Shown here one piece after another: positions 13,048-25,600 of a stretch of 64,000 nt of DNA. The notes under the pieces were generated by a model that made no database searches, was not told where the DNA came from, and saw nothing but the letters and a program-made list of their open reading frames with translations. The stretch is from Anolis carolinensis (taxonomy: Eukaryota), in contig NW_026943822.1 of NCBI RefSeq assembly GCF_035594765.1, positions 2,446,992-2,510,991 on the forward strand, read 5' to 3'. Every line of letters starts with the position of its first letter. Position 1 is the stretch's first letter. Made by a program: the position numbers and the translations under genes.

Positions 13048-14500
13048 TGCTCTCCGGCTCTGCCGCTTCCGCTTCCGCTTCCGCGGAGAGACGCGACTCC
13101 AGAGCCGCGTGCCGAGGCGCCGCCCCCTAGCGGTTGCGGACGGGACAGGCTGGGCCAGGCGCCTGGGCAGCGGCGACGGCGGCACTGTCCCGCGGGCGCC
13201 CCCTGGCGGGGATGGCGAGGTTGCAGGATTTCTGTTCCTGGCTCATTAATCTCATTTCCTAATTGGTTCTATCGTAAACACATGGGAAAGGTTTAGTACA
13301 ATGCACTAGTTCCATCTTGTCTCCTGTGCCATAGCAACATATGTTAATTGCTGTGCCCAGCCACGCGTTGCTGTGGCATTTTCTGGTGGTGTTGGTGAGA
13401 AATTGTTGAGTTAGTGGTGGTATTGAATGTCTGTTGTATGGTAGTCTTTATGTTTAGTATGCACACTGAAGTGGATTATATGGCAGTGTGGAGTCAAGAT
13501 AATCCAGTTCAAAGCAGATAATATAAGATTCTAAATGGGTTATATAGCTGTGTGGAAGGGCCTTGAGTCTACACTGCCATATAATCCAGTTCAAATCTGA
13601 TAATCTGTGAAAAAGGCCTAAGTGAGGCCTAACTGTGCCTGTCCCCTGGGCTGAGTAGGTTGCTAGGAGACCAAGTGGGCGGAGCTTAGCCTTCAAACTG
13701 GCAGCAATTGGATAAAAACTATTATTCCTCTCCCTGTAATTAGGACTTTATTTTTCTTTTCTTTTTGTTGTATCAACCTAGAGCCGTGAATGATGGGTTG
13801 TGTTGTCAAATTTCGAGGTCTGTAGTTTTGTTGTTTTGTTCGCTGCCCTGATGCCATCACCCTTTTATATATATAGATAGATAGATAGGCGTGTACAAGT
13901 TTAAATAAATAAATAGTACAATGTAGTAATGTAATGCTTATACTGCGCTTAAGCGGCTGAAGGGGAAAAGGAAGGGGCCTGAGGATGCCTGCCGTAGATG
14001 TGGGCGAAACGTCAGGAGAGAATGCTGCTTCTGGAACACGGCAACAACCCTTGGCGAGGACGGCACAAGAGGGAGCGGCGCGCCCTCTGGCGGCGGCGGC
14101 GAGGCTGCAGGCAGCGGTTCCCCAGGGCTCACGGGCCACCGTCGCTGCGGCCAATCCGGGCGCGGGGCTAATTGGCTTTGCGGGCTAATGCGCGTCCTTG
14201 TCTCCGGAGATGGTCTCGGCGGCGCTGGGCGGGCAGGCGGGCCCCGGAGGGCCCTGGGGCGGGTCCCGGCTGCTCAGCCCCCCGGAGGAAGAGGAGGAGG
14301 AGGAGGAGCCCCTGGCCCTGGCCCGCGCCCCGCCGCCACCGCCCCGCGCCTTCGCCGCCGGAGGAGCCATGCTGCCGGGCTGCTGCCAGGCCCAGGTGAG
14401 GGGCGGGGCCAGCGGGCGGGCGGGCGGGGGGCGGGGCCAAGGGGGCTGCCTGCAGAAGCTCCGCCCCCAAAAGGAGCCCCGGGGGGGTGGATGCCTTAGC
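12850..14500. promoter_or_regulatory. Divergent HYPK/SERINC4 promoter region: two CpG islands and CTCF-like motifs at about 13120-13133, 13196-13209 and 14080-14093
   Basis: GC/CpG-rich blocks around each first exon. The minus strand reads CCGCCAGGGGGCGC and CCGCCAGAGGGCGC. Confidence 0.7.
13306..13880 (-). mobile_element. Non-autonomous Helitron-like element
   Basis: 5' TC(TA)n-AAAAGGGTGATGGCATC and subterminal hairpin CCACAGCAACGCGTGG; same family as 20881-21354. Confidence 0.75.
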
Positions 14501-17500
14501 TGGCAGAATTGACCTCTTGAATTAGGTAACAACAACAACAACAACAACAACAATAATAATGTATAATTATATAATGCTAGCTGTGCCCGGCCACGCGTTG
14601 CTGTGGCGAAGTCTGGTGGTATGGGAAATAAAGTACAGTAGAGTCTCACTTATCCAACACTCGCTTATCCAACGTTCTGGATTATCCAAGGCATTTTTGT
14701 AGTCAATGTTTCCAATATATCGTGATATTTTGGTTCTAAATTCATAAATACAGTAATTACTACATAGCATTACTGCGTATTGAACTACTTTTTCTGCCAA
14801 ATTTGTTGTATACATGATGTTTTGGTGCTTAATTTGTAAAATCATATCCTAATTTGGTGTTTAATAGGCTTTTCCTTAATGCCTCCTTATTATCCAACAT
14901 ATTCGCTTATCCAACATTCTGCCGGCCCGTTTATGTTGGATAAGTGAGACTCTACTGAGCAATTGGTGGTAGTTAGGGTAAAGGGTAAAGGTTTTCCCCT
15001 GACATTAAGTCCATTATAAATGGGTTCTATAGCTGTGTGGAAGGGCCTTGAGTCTACACTGCCATATAATCCAGTTAAAATCTGATCATCTGTATTTTGT
15101 AGGCAGTGTGGAAGAGGCCTAAGTGAGGCCTAACTCTGCCTGTCCCCTGGGCTGAGTGGGTTGCTAGGAGACCAAGTGAGCGGAGCTTAGCCTTGTAACT
15201 GGCAGCAATGGGCTAAAAACAATTATTCTTCTCCCTGTAATTAGGACTTTATATTTCTTTTCTTTTTGTTGTATGAACGCAGAGGCATGGATGAGGGGTT
15301 GTGCTGCCAAGTTTAGTGTTTCTGGGATGTGTAGTTTTGTTGTTTTGTCCTAGGCCGAAATTTCATTACCCTTTTATATATATAGATATAAATATAATAT
15401 AATAATATATAAATATAATAATGTAAATTTTATGTATGTATGTATGCATACATGTATGTATGTATGTATGTATGGAGCCCCGGTGCGTTAAAGCATTGAG
15501 CTGGAGACCGAAAGGTCCCAGGTTCAATCCCCGGGAGCGAAGTGAGCGCCCGCTGTTAGCCCCAGCTCCTGCCAACCTAGCAGTTCGAAAACATGCCAAT
15601 GTGAGTAGATCAATAGGTACTGCTCCGGCGGGAAGGTAACGGCGCTCCATGCAGTCATTCTTGCCACATGACCTTGGGAGGTGTCTATGGACAACGCCGG
15701 CTCTTCGGCTTAGAAATGGAGATGAACACCAACCTCCGGAGTCGGACACGACTGGGCTTAACGTCAGGGGAAATGTGAGTAGATCAATAGGTGCTGCTCC
15801 AGCGGGAAGGTAATGGTGCTGCATGAAGTCATGCCAATGGCCACATGACCTGGAGATGTCTACGGACAACGCCGGCTCTTCAGCTTAGAAATGGAGATGA
15901 GCACCAACCCCCAGAGTCAGACATGACTGGACTTAACATCAGGGGAAAACCTTTTAACCTATGTATGCATGTGTGTGTATATAAAAAGGTAAAGGTAAAA
16001 AGGCATGACTGCATGGAGCGCTGTTACCTTCCCATCGGAGCGGTACCTATTGATCTACTCACATTGTCCGTAGACACCTCCAAGGTCATGTGGCCACTGG
16101 CATGACTGCATGGAGTGCCGTTACCTTCCCATCGGAGCAGTACCTATTGATCTACTCGCATTGTCCGTAGACACCTCCAAGGTCATGTGGCCACTGGCAT
16201 GACTGCATGGAGCGCGGTTACCTTCCCATCGGAGCAGTACCTATTGATCTACTCGCATTGTCCATAGACACCTCCAAGGTCATGTGGCCACTGGCATGAC
16301 TGCATGGAGCGCGGTTACCTTCCCATCGGAGCGGTACCTATTGATCTACTCGCATTGTCCGTAGACACCTCCAAAGTCATGTGGCCACTGGCATGACTGC
16401 ATGGAGCGCGGTTACCATCCCATCGGAGCAGTACCTATTGATCTACTCGCATTGTCCGTAGACACCTCCAAGGTCATGTGGCCACTGGCATGACTGCATG
16501 GAGCGCGGTTACCTTCCCATTGGAGCGGTACCTATTGATCTACTCATATTGTCCGTAGACACCTCCAAAGTCATGTGGCCACTGGCATGACTGCATGGAG
16601 CGCGGTTACCTTCCCATCGGAGCGGTACCTATTGATCTACTCGCATTGTCCGTAGACACCTCCAAAGTCATGTGGCCACTGGCATGACTGCATGGAGCGC
16701 GGTTACCATCCCATCGGAGCAGTACCTATTGATCTACTCGCATTGTCCGTAGACACCTCCAAGGTCATGTGGCCACTGGCATGACTGCATGGAGCGCTGT
16801 TACCTTCCCATCGGAGCGGTACCTATTGATCTACTCACATTGTCCATAGACACCTCCAAGGTCATGTGGCACTGGCATGACTGCATGGAGCGCTGTTACC
16901 TTCCCATCGGAGCAGTACCTATTGATCTACTCGCATTGTCCGTAGACACCTCCAAGGTCATGTGGCCACTGGCATGACTGCATGGAGCGCGGTTACCATC
17001 CCATCGGAGCGGTACCTATTGATCTACTCACATTGTCCATAGACACCTCCAAGGTCATGTGGCACTGGCATGACTGCATGGAGCGCTGTTACCTTCCCAT
17101 CGGAGCGGTACCTATTGATCTACTCACATTGTCCGTAGACACCTCCAAAGTCATGTGGCCACTGGCATGACTGCATGGAGCGCTGTTACCTTCCCATCGG
17201 AGTGGTACCTATTGATCTACTCGCATTGTCCGTAGACACCTCCAAAGTCATGTGGCCACTGGCATGACTGCATGGAGCGCGGTTACCATCCCATCGGAGC
17301 AGTACCTATTGATCTACTCGCATTGTCCGTAGACACCTCCAAGGTCATGTGGCCACTGGCATGACTGCATGGAGCGCTGTTACCTTCCCATCGGAGTGGT
17401 ACCTATTGATCTACTCACATTGTCCGTAGACACCTCCAAAGTCATGTGGCCACTGGCATGACTGCATGGAGCGCGGTTACCATCCCATCGGAGCGGTACC

Positions 17501-19581
17501 TATTGATCTACTCACATTGTCCGTAGACACCTCCAAAGTCATGTGGCCACTGGCATGACTGCATGGAGCGCTGTTACCTTCCCATCGGAGCGGTACCTAT
17601 TGATCTACTCACATTGTCCGTAGACACCTCCAAGGTCATGTGGCCACTGGCATGACTGCATGGAGCGCTGTTACCTTCCCATCGGAGCGGTACCTATTGA
17701 TCTACTCACATTGTCCATAGACACCTCCAAGGTCATGTGGCCACTGGCATGACTGCATGGAGCGCGGTTACCATCCCATCGGAGCGGTACCTATTGATCT
17801 ACTCACATTGTCCATAGACACCTCCAAGGTCATGTGGCACTGGCATGACTGCATGGAGCGCTGTTACCTTCCCATCGGAGTGGTACCTATTGATCTACTC
17901 ATATTGTCCGTAGACACCTCCAAGGTCATGTGGCCACTGGCATGACTGCATGGAGCGCGGTTACCATCCCATCGGAGCGGTACCTTTTGATCTACTTGCA
18001 TTGTCCGTAGACACCTCCAAGGTCATGTGGCCACTGGCATGACCGCATGGAGCGCCGTTACCTTCCCGCCGGAACAGTACCTATTGCTCTACTCACATTG
18101 GCATGTTTTCGAACTGCTAGGTTTGCAGAAGCTGGAGCTAACAGCAGACGCTCACTCTGCTCCCCGGATTCAAACCTGTGACCTTTCAGTCCGCAAGTTC
18201 GGCAGCTCAGCACTTTAACACGCTGCACCACGGGGGGCTATGATTCTAGCTGCTCACAAATGAACCAAGGGCGCATGGGCTCCTTGCTTCCCTCCCAGGC
18301 CTTTGGAGACCGTTCCCTGTCAGCATCCCATGTTCTCAATGCTGGACTACAGTTCCCATCACTCTTGCTGCTGGTGGGCCTTTTTGGGCACCCAAATGGG
18401 AGTCCAGCATGGGATCTGATGCAGCCAGGCCTTCACAGAAATAATAAACCATTAAGTGTAAGAGAAGGAGCTGCGTGCCTGAGTCAATTAGCGGAGAGGC
18501 TAATCCCCGGGATCTCTCTCTCTCTCTCTCTTGCGGGGCAGATCATGGCCGTAATCCGCACGTGGGGCCTGGCACCCGACCCTTGAGGGCGGCAGGGGAC
18601 TCCGCGTTGTGGGAAGGAGGTCAATGCTGCAGGGTCAGGTGGGAAGAAGGAAAAGCGGACCAGAAAGAAGGCAGGAAGGAGACCCCAAGAAGGGGCTGAA
18701 GTTTCAGAAGAAAGTTTTCAGAAATGGGTCATGCAGGCCTGGGCAAACTTCAGCCCTCTGGGTGTTTTGGACTCTAACTCCCACAATTCCTAACAGCCGG
18801 TAGGCTGTTAGGAATTGTGGGAGTTGGAGTCCAAAACACCCAGAGGGCTGCAGTTTGCCCAGGCCTGGGTGATAGTATTTCCAGGCAAAGTAATATGTAC
18901 ACTAACAAGATAGATATGCTGGATTTCGTATCAAAAAATCACAAGTCAAACACTTCCCAAGTGTCTAGGACTGTGTGATGTATTTTCGGATGATGCGCGC
19001 AGATCCCAGCAGGGTGGCCTTTTGCAGTTGGCAGATCGTAATTTTGTCAGTGTCTATTGTTTCCAAATGCCGGCTGAGATCTTTTGGCACGGCACCCAGT
19101 GTGCCCATCACCACCGGGACCACCTGCACTGGTTTCTGCCAGAGTCTTTGCAGTTCAATCTTGATGTCCTGATAGCGGCTGAGTTTTTCCTGTTGTTTTT
19201 CGTCAATGCGACTGTCACCTGGGATGGCGACATCAATGATCCAAACCTTTTTCTTTTCCACCACTGTGATGTCTGGTGTGTTGTGTTCCAGAACTTTGTC
19301 AGCCTGGATTCGGAAGTCCCACAGTATCTTTGCATGCTCATTTTCCAAGACTTTTGCAGGTTTGTGATCCCACCAGTTCTTTGCTGCTGGGAGGTGGCAC
19401 TTGAGGCATACGTTCCAATGAATCATTTGGACCACATAGTTGTGCCTCTGTTTGTAGTCTGTCTGTGCAATTTTCTTACAGCAGCTGAGGGTATGATCAA
19501 TGGTTTCGTCAGTTTCCTTGCACAGTCTGCATTTTGGGTCATCAGCTGATTTTTATAATAATAATAATAATAATAATAATA

Positions 19582-19620
<39 letters not shown>

Positions 19621-22600
19621 GTTATATTGTTAGTAGATTTAAGGGTCGGGCCCTTCTTCTCCTCCTCCTTCTCGGTTGCAGATCTGCTGCTGCTGTGGGC
19701 CGGCCCCGTGCGGCCTGTGCTGCCCCTCCTGCCCCAGCATCAAGGCCTCCACCGGCACCCGCCTCCTCTACATGCTCTTCCACATCTCCGCCTGCGGATG
19801 CTGCTGCGTCATGCTCTCCCGCACCGTGGCCAAGGCCATCGAGGAGAACGTGAGTGGGTCCGGAGGGAGGTGGAGGAGCCACCGCGGAGGGTCCGTGGCG
19901 TATGTGTTCATACGTGTGCGCCACCTCTTCCTTCTCCCCAGGTGCCTTTTTACGCAGTGCTGTGTGAACACCTCCCGGGGGGCTCCGACTGCGACATCCT
20001 GGTGGGCTACTCGGCCGTCTACCGGGTCTGCTTCGGCACCGCCTGCTTCTACCTGGCCCAGGCCCTCTTCCTCCTCAACGTCAAGTCCAGCAACGAGTTC
20101 CGGGCCCTTCTGCACAACGGGTGAGGGAGGGGCAAAAGAAAGGAGGGAGGGCGCTTCCTGCCTTGGCACCTCCATCACTTTGAAATATTAAACATTAACT
20201 AAGTCGTTTTAATTACAAAAATGGGAGTCGAGCTCTGAAAGGGTTAAAATAGGCGCAATGACTCAGCAAAAGCTGCAGTTCAATCTAAGCAGGTAGACCT
20301 CAGTGTGAGAGAGGCCTCAGTGTGTGACGCTCCAGTGTGAAGGCTGCTGTGTGTAAAGCTACTGTGTGGGTTCGGTGTGAGAGGAGGCTCTGTGAGAGCG
20401 AAGCTGTTTATCTGCATGAGAAAGAAGCCCAGCGTGGAAGCAAAGAACTTTATTATTATTATTATTATTATTATTAAACTTTATTTGTACCCCGCTAGCA
20501 TCTCCCGAAGGACTCGATGCGGCTTACAAAGGCCAAGGCCTCAACACACAATATAACAATACAAAACAAAAGGCAAATTAAAAACAATTAAAACAGTATA
20601 AGCAACAAGCAATAAACAATATGCTAAAACACAATAAAACTGGGCTGGGCCAGAGTAATGGGTACAAGATTAAAAGTGCTGATGTGACAGGTGATATATA
20701 AGGCTTCTAGGGCAAGTGCAGAGTGCGATATACGATCTTAGTTCTAATAAAGTGCTTATGGGACTTGGTATTGGAGATTTCCTATTAATTTATTTGTGTT
20801 ATTATTATTAATATTATTATTTATTTACAGTATCTATATTCCACCCTTCTCACCACGAAGGGGACTCAGGGCGGATCACATCTATCTATATATATAAATG
20901 AGTGATGGCATCACGGCGACCAACAAAACAACAAATCTACAGGCCCCCAACCTCAAAATTTGACAACACAACCCATCATCCATGCCTCTAGGTTGATACA
21001 ACAAAAAGAAAAGAAAAATAAAGTCCTAATTAGAGAGAGAGGAATAATTGCTTTTATCCAATTGCTGCCAGTTAGAAGGCTAAGCTCCTCCAACTTGGTC
21101 TCCTAGCAACCCAATAAAAAATAACAAACACTACAAAAATTAAAAAACACTAAAAATTAATACAATAAAATACCACAATAACAAAAAATAACTAAAAATT
21201 ATACAAGAAAATAATAAAATATAATAAATTAAAAGATAACTTACAATAAAATTAATTAAAAAAATACAAATAACGTCAAATAAAAATTACACAACAATTT
21301 TTAACCAATACCACCACCACTTTGCCACAGCAACGCGTGGCCGGGCACAGCTAGTTACATATATAAGGCAAACATTCAATGCCTTATGAATTAGTCTCTT
21401 GTTTTAATATTGTATGTTTTTTGTATGCTTCTTGCTGATTTTAACGATCGTTTTATTGCTATTGATGTTTTACTGGTATAATTGTTTTCTTGTCGTGTTA
21501 TTGATATTGATTGTTTTATCGGGCTTGGCCCCATGTAAGCCGCCCCGAGTCCCTTCGGGGAGATGGGGTGGGGTATAAAAATAAAGTTATTATTATTATT
21601 AACATAGAACAAAGACAGAGACAAAGGTAGGCCTCGAAATCATGACCTCTTGGTCAGAGTGATTTGTTGCAGCTGGCTGCTCACCAGCCTGCGCCACAGC
21701 CCGGGCCTTGAAAACACACAGCCCAGGTTATGGAAACCTTATTTTTGTAAACAGAACAACCGTATTATTTTGCTACAAAGCCTCCTAAGGAAGAGATAAC
21801 ATTGGTCTGTGTGTTTGTGTTCTTTTGATCACTTTGGGCTACTGGAGCTGGGCCATACTGTTACTATAAATTATACGTTTATGGAGGGTCTTTTGTTAAG
21901 AAGCCCACACGCCCAACAGCTGTGTCTGTGTTGCAGGTTCTGGTTCCTGAAATTCCTCATCCTGGTCGGACTGTGCGCAGCAGCCTTTTTCATCCCGGAT
22001 CAGCGTTTCATCCAAAGTAATGAATCACGTATGCGCATGCTCATACTGCTGTCCACTCTCGGTAGAGCAGGTATAGGTAAGCTTCGTTTCTCCAGGTGTT
22101 TTGGACTCCAACTCCCACCATTCCTAACAGCCTCAGGCCCTTTCCTTTTCCCCCTCAGCCGCTTAAGCGGCTGAGGGGGAAAAGGAAGGGGCCTGAGGCT
22201 GTTAGGAATGGTGGGAGTTGGAGTCCAAAACACCTAGAGAACCCAAGTTAGCCCATACCTGCTCTACCAAGAGTGGACAGCAGTATGCAGTAGAGGAATG
22301 GGTTGTATGTGGGCACATGATGCTGGGAGCTGGGTGTGTATCTTTCCCTAAAAATGACCCAAATCACTTGATTTCTTGCCTGATGCCACCTTCCCCTAAT
22401 GCACTGTCCTCGGCAGCCTGGCACCTGGTTGGCGTCTGCGGAGGGTTTGCCTTCATCCTGGTGCAGCTGGTGCTGATCACGGCCTTTGCCCACACCTGGA
22501 ACAAGAACTGGTGAGACCTGGAGAAGGTGTTAAGTGTGGATGGGGAGGAGGAAGGGGACGGGGGTCCCAGCCTTGCTCTTGTCCCACCCTGCCAGGTTGA

Positions 22601-25600
22601 CAGGGGCCGCCCAGGACAAGCGCTGGTACCTAGCCGTGTCCATGGCCACGCTGGGCTTCTACGCCGCCGCCTCCGCCGCCTTTGCCCTCCTCTACAAGTT
22701 CTACACGCACCCGGGTGGATGCAACCTCAACAAGGGCCTCCTGACGGTCAACGCGGGACTCTGCCTCCTCATGTCCTTCACCTCCATCACGCCCTGCGTC
22801 CGTTACAGTGAGTGAGGTTGGGGAGGATTAAGGGGTGCCTAGTCCCGTGTGTGGGCAGACGGGGGTCTCGGATGATGCCCTTTGCAGAGGCACTTGTCAG
22901 AGGATGATGGGGTGCAGAGTGGATTCCAAAAATTCATCATCCCGGTCTCACCTCCTTATCCAGACTGTCTTCCCTTGTGGAAAAACAGCACTGGTCAAAC
23001 ACACTCCAGCAGACGAGGGTTCGGTTGAAAATCCAACGGCAATAAATCTTTATTTACATAACTATATACAAATAGAGCAAATCAGTCCTTTCTCCGTGAG
23101 TGCTCACGCTGAAGCAATTCACACACACACACACAGGAAACTCCTCTGCATTCCACAGTCCAAGAAGGATGTCCCGGTCAAAACAAACTTGACCCCATTG
23201 GTCCTGTGATACGTCAGTCATAGCAGGTTCTCATTAACTCCATAACTACTGGAATGCCTTGCCAAAAACTAACACAGAAGGCATTTCTAACAACCCAGAT
23301 TGATTTTAACATTTCACAGTACACAATACCCTGACAGCACTGACCCTCCCGCCCTTCCGGCAGGGCAGCCGCGCTCCAGCCCTTTGCAGGCCTCCATCAT
23401 CTGCTGTTACGTCATGTACCTGACCTTCTCGGCGCTCTCCAGCCGGCCGCCGGAGAAAGGTGAGTGAGTGGGCCCTGGCCTTGACTGGCGGGAACAGGCC
23501 TGTTGCTGCTGCAAGCACTATCCATGACAAACCACTGCCCCTCTGCCCAGTGCAATACAGGGGCCAGAACCTCACCATCTGCTTCCCCGGCGTCAGCAAG
23601 GACGGCATGCAGACCGAAGACACTACAGTGGCTGTCCTGGGAGCAGCCTTCATGTACACCTGCGTCCTCTTTGCCTGGTGAGGAAAGAAGGGGGGTGGCT
23701 GGCACATATATCCTTACAACAACACCCAGAAGCACAGGGAGGGGGGTCTCCTCCAAGTAATCTCACCAACACAAAGGCTGCAACCCACACAACAAAGTTG
23801 ACAGACCCAGTTTTTTGAACTGAACATGCCTACCTGTCTATATATATATAAAAGAGTGATGGCATCACGGCAGCGGACAAAACAACAAAAATAAACACCC
23901 CACAACCTCGAAAATTGACATCACAACCCCTCATCCATGCCTCTAGGTTTATACAATAAAAAGAAAAGAAAAATAAAGTCCTAATTAGAGGGAGAGGAAT
24001 AATTGGTTTTATCCAATTGCTGCCAGTTAGAAGGCTAAGATCCTCTCACTTGGTCTCCTAGCAACCCACTCAGTCCAGGGGACCCTTTACCTTACCTACC
24101 ACCAATTCCTCAATACTTTATTTCCCATACCATCATACTTCGCCACAGCAACGCGTGGCCGGGCACAGCTAGTATTTTATAATGTGTTTTATGAATACTG
24201 ATGTAAGTTAATAATAATTTTTTAACTTATTTATATTGCACTGTATAATTTTTATATATGCGTTTTATTGTAAGCCGCCCTGAGTCCCCTGTTGGGTGAG
24301 AAGGGCGAGATATAAATATTGTAATAAATAAATAAGGTTCATCAGCCTCTAGCAGTTTCACCAATGTTGCTTCCAGCAACTAACCGATCCAGCCTCCAGC
24401 TACTTCTGCCACTTTCCCAAGTGATCCCACCTGTTGGCCTTCCTCTGAGCCAACCAATTAGACCTCCTCAGTTGAATGGCATCAGTCCTTAATTGCAGCC
24501 TAGCTAGAATAGTTTCTGGTTTGCTTCCTGAAGCCCCTGACTGTGCATCTCTATCTCCTTGGAGCTGCTGCTCCTGCTCTGCAGAGGTGCATTTCTCAGT
24601 ATCAGGCTGCTCATTCTGCTGATCTATGTTTGCCCCTGACTCAGAGGCTGGGCCAAAGAGTCCTTCCCCTTGTAGGGCACGGGCTGGGTCTCATAATGAC
24701 GTCTGTCCTGAGCGAAAAGAGCCTTCCTGGGAGGGGTTTGGGGGTGCTGCTCACCTTCTGGGTGGGTTCCTCTATGAACTGCAGCCAGCCTCTGGTCCCC
24801 CGGCTGCAGGGTTTCAAGTGCGGCCGATGCATAAACACCCTCGGCCTCACCCTTTTCCCTCCTCCAGCAATGAAGCCTCGCAGCTCGCTGGCATGTTTGG
24901 GCCCCTGTGGATGGTCAAGATCTACAGCTTTGAGTTTAAGGTGAGTTGGGGTGTGTGTTCCTTCTCTTCCTTTTGCCACACATTGATTCCCTTCAGCATC
25001 TTCTGTCGGGTGCGAATCTGCTTATATGTGCAACCTGTCCGGGGGTGAGGGGTCATCTTCAGGTGACTCTGTGCTTTCATTCATTCCCTGCAGAATCCCT
25101 CCTGCTGCTTCTGCTGCCCAGAGAAGATGGAGGAGGAGCTGGCAGGTGAGTGATGAAGGTCAGGGTTATTATTATAATATTTATATTTATTTATACCTTT
25201 TTTCTTTCCTTCCTCTCTGGGGCTCAGAGGCGGCCCTAGGTAATTTCGCCTTGTAGGTGGACCTAGTGGCTGCGCCCCCCACCCCAAAACTGCGCCCCCC
25301 CCAAGGCGCCGCACATACCTTCGGTGGTGGCGGCAGTGGGGACCATCGTCTCCCTCCTCGCCAAATGCGGAAGGCCTCAACTGAGGCCTAGCTCTTCTTG
25401 CGAGGTCTCTTGAGTTCGGCGAGGAGGGAGCCGATGGTCCTCGATGGCGCCCCCAGGGACAATGCGCCACAAGCAGGCGCTTACATTGGCCTCTATGTTG
25501 GGCTGGCTCTGCTGGGGCTCCCGCCCTCTAAGCCCTCCTCTCTTTTGTTGTTGTTTCTCTGGATCAGGCCAGGAGGCCTCCCTGGCGGGGCAGAAGGTCG

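Noticed and set aside
13048-13185. N-terminal extension of HYPK in ORF 12823..13185
   Set aside because: It starts at a non-ATG codon in GC-rich promoter/UTR sequence; the conserved start is ATG 13047.
15474-15545. tRNA genes suggested by A/B-box-like motifs
   Set aside because: These are SINE heads that continue into SINE bodies, with no complete cloverleaf.
16002-18036. CRISPR-like regular array or a repeated peptide gene ([16 protein letters not shown]..)
   Set aside because: There are no unique spacers; the units are whole-length copies of a SINE segment with stop codons, in a eukaryotic intron.
25257-25440. Extra SERINC4 exon starting at the TTGTAG acceptor (25256)
   Set aside because: It lies inside a hAT insertion, has no SERINC similarity, and exon 10 joins exon 11 in frame without it.
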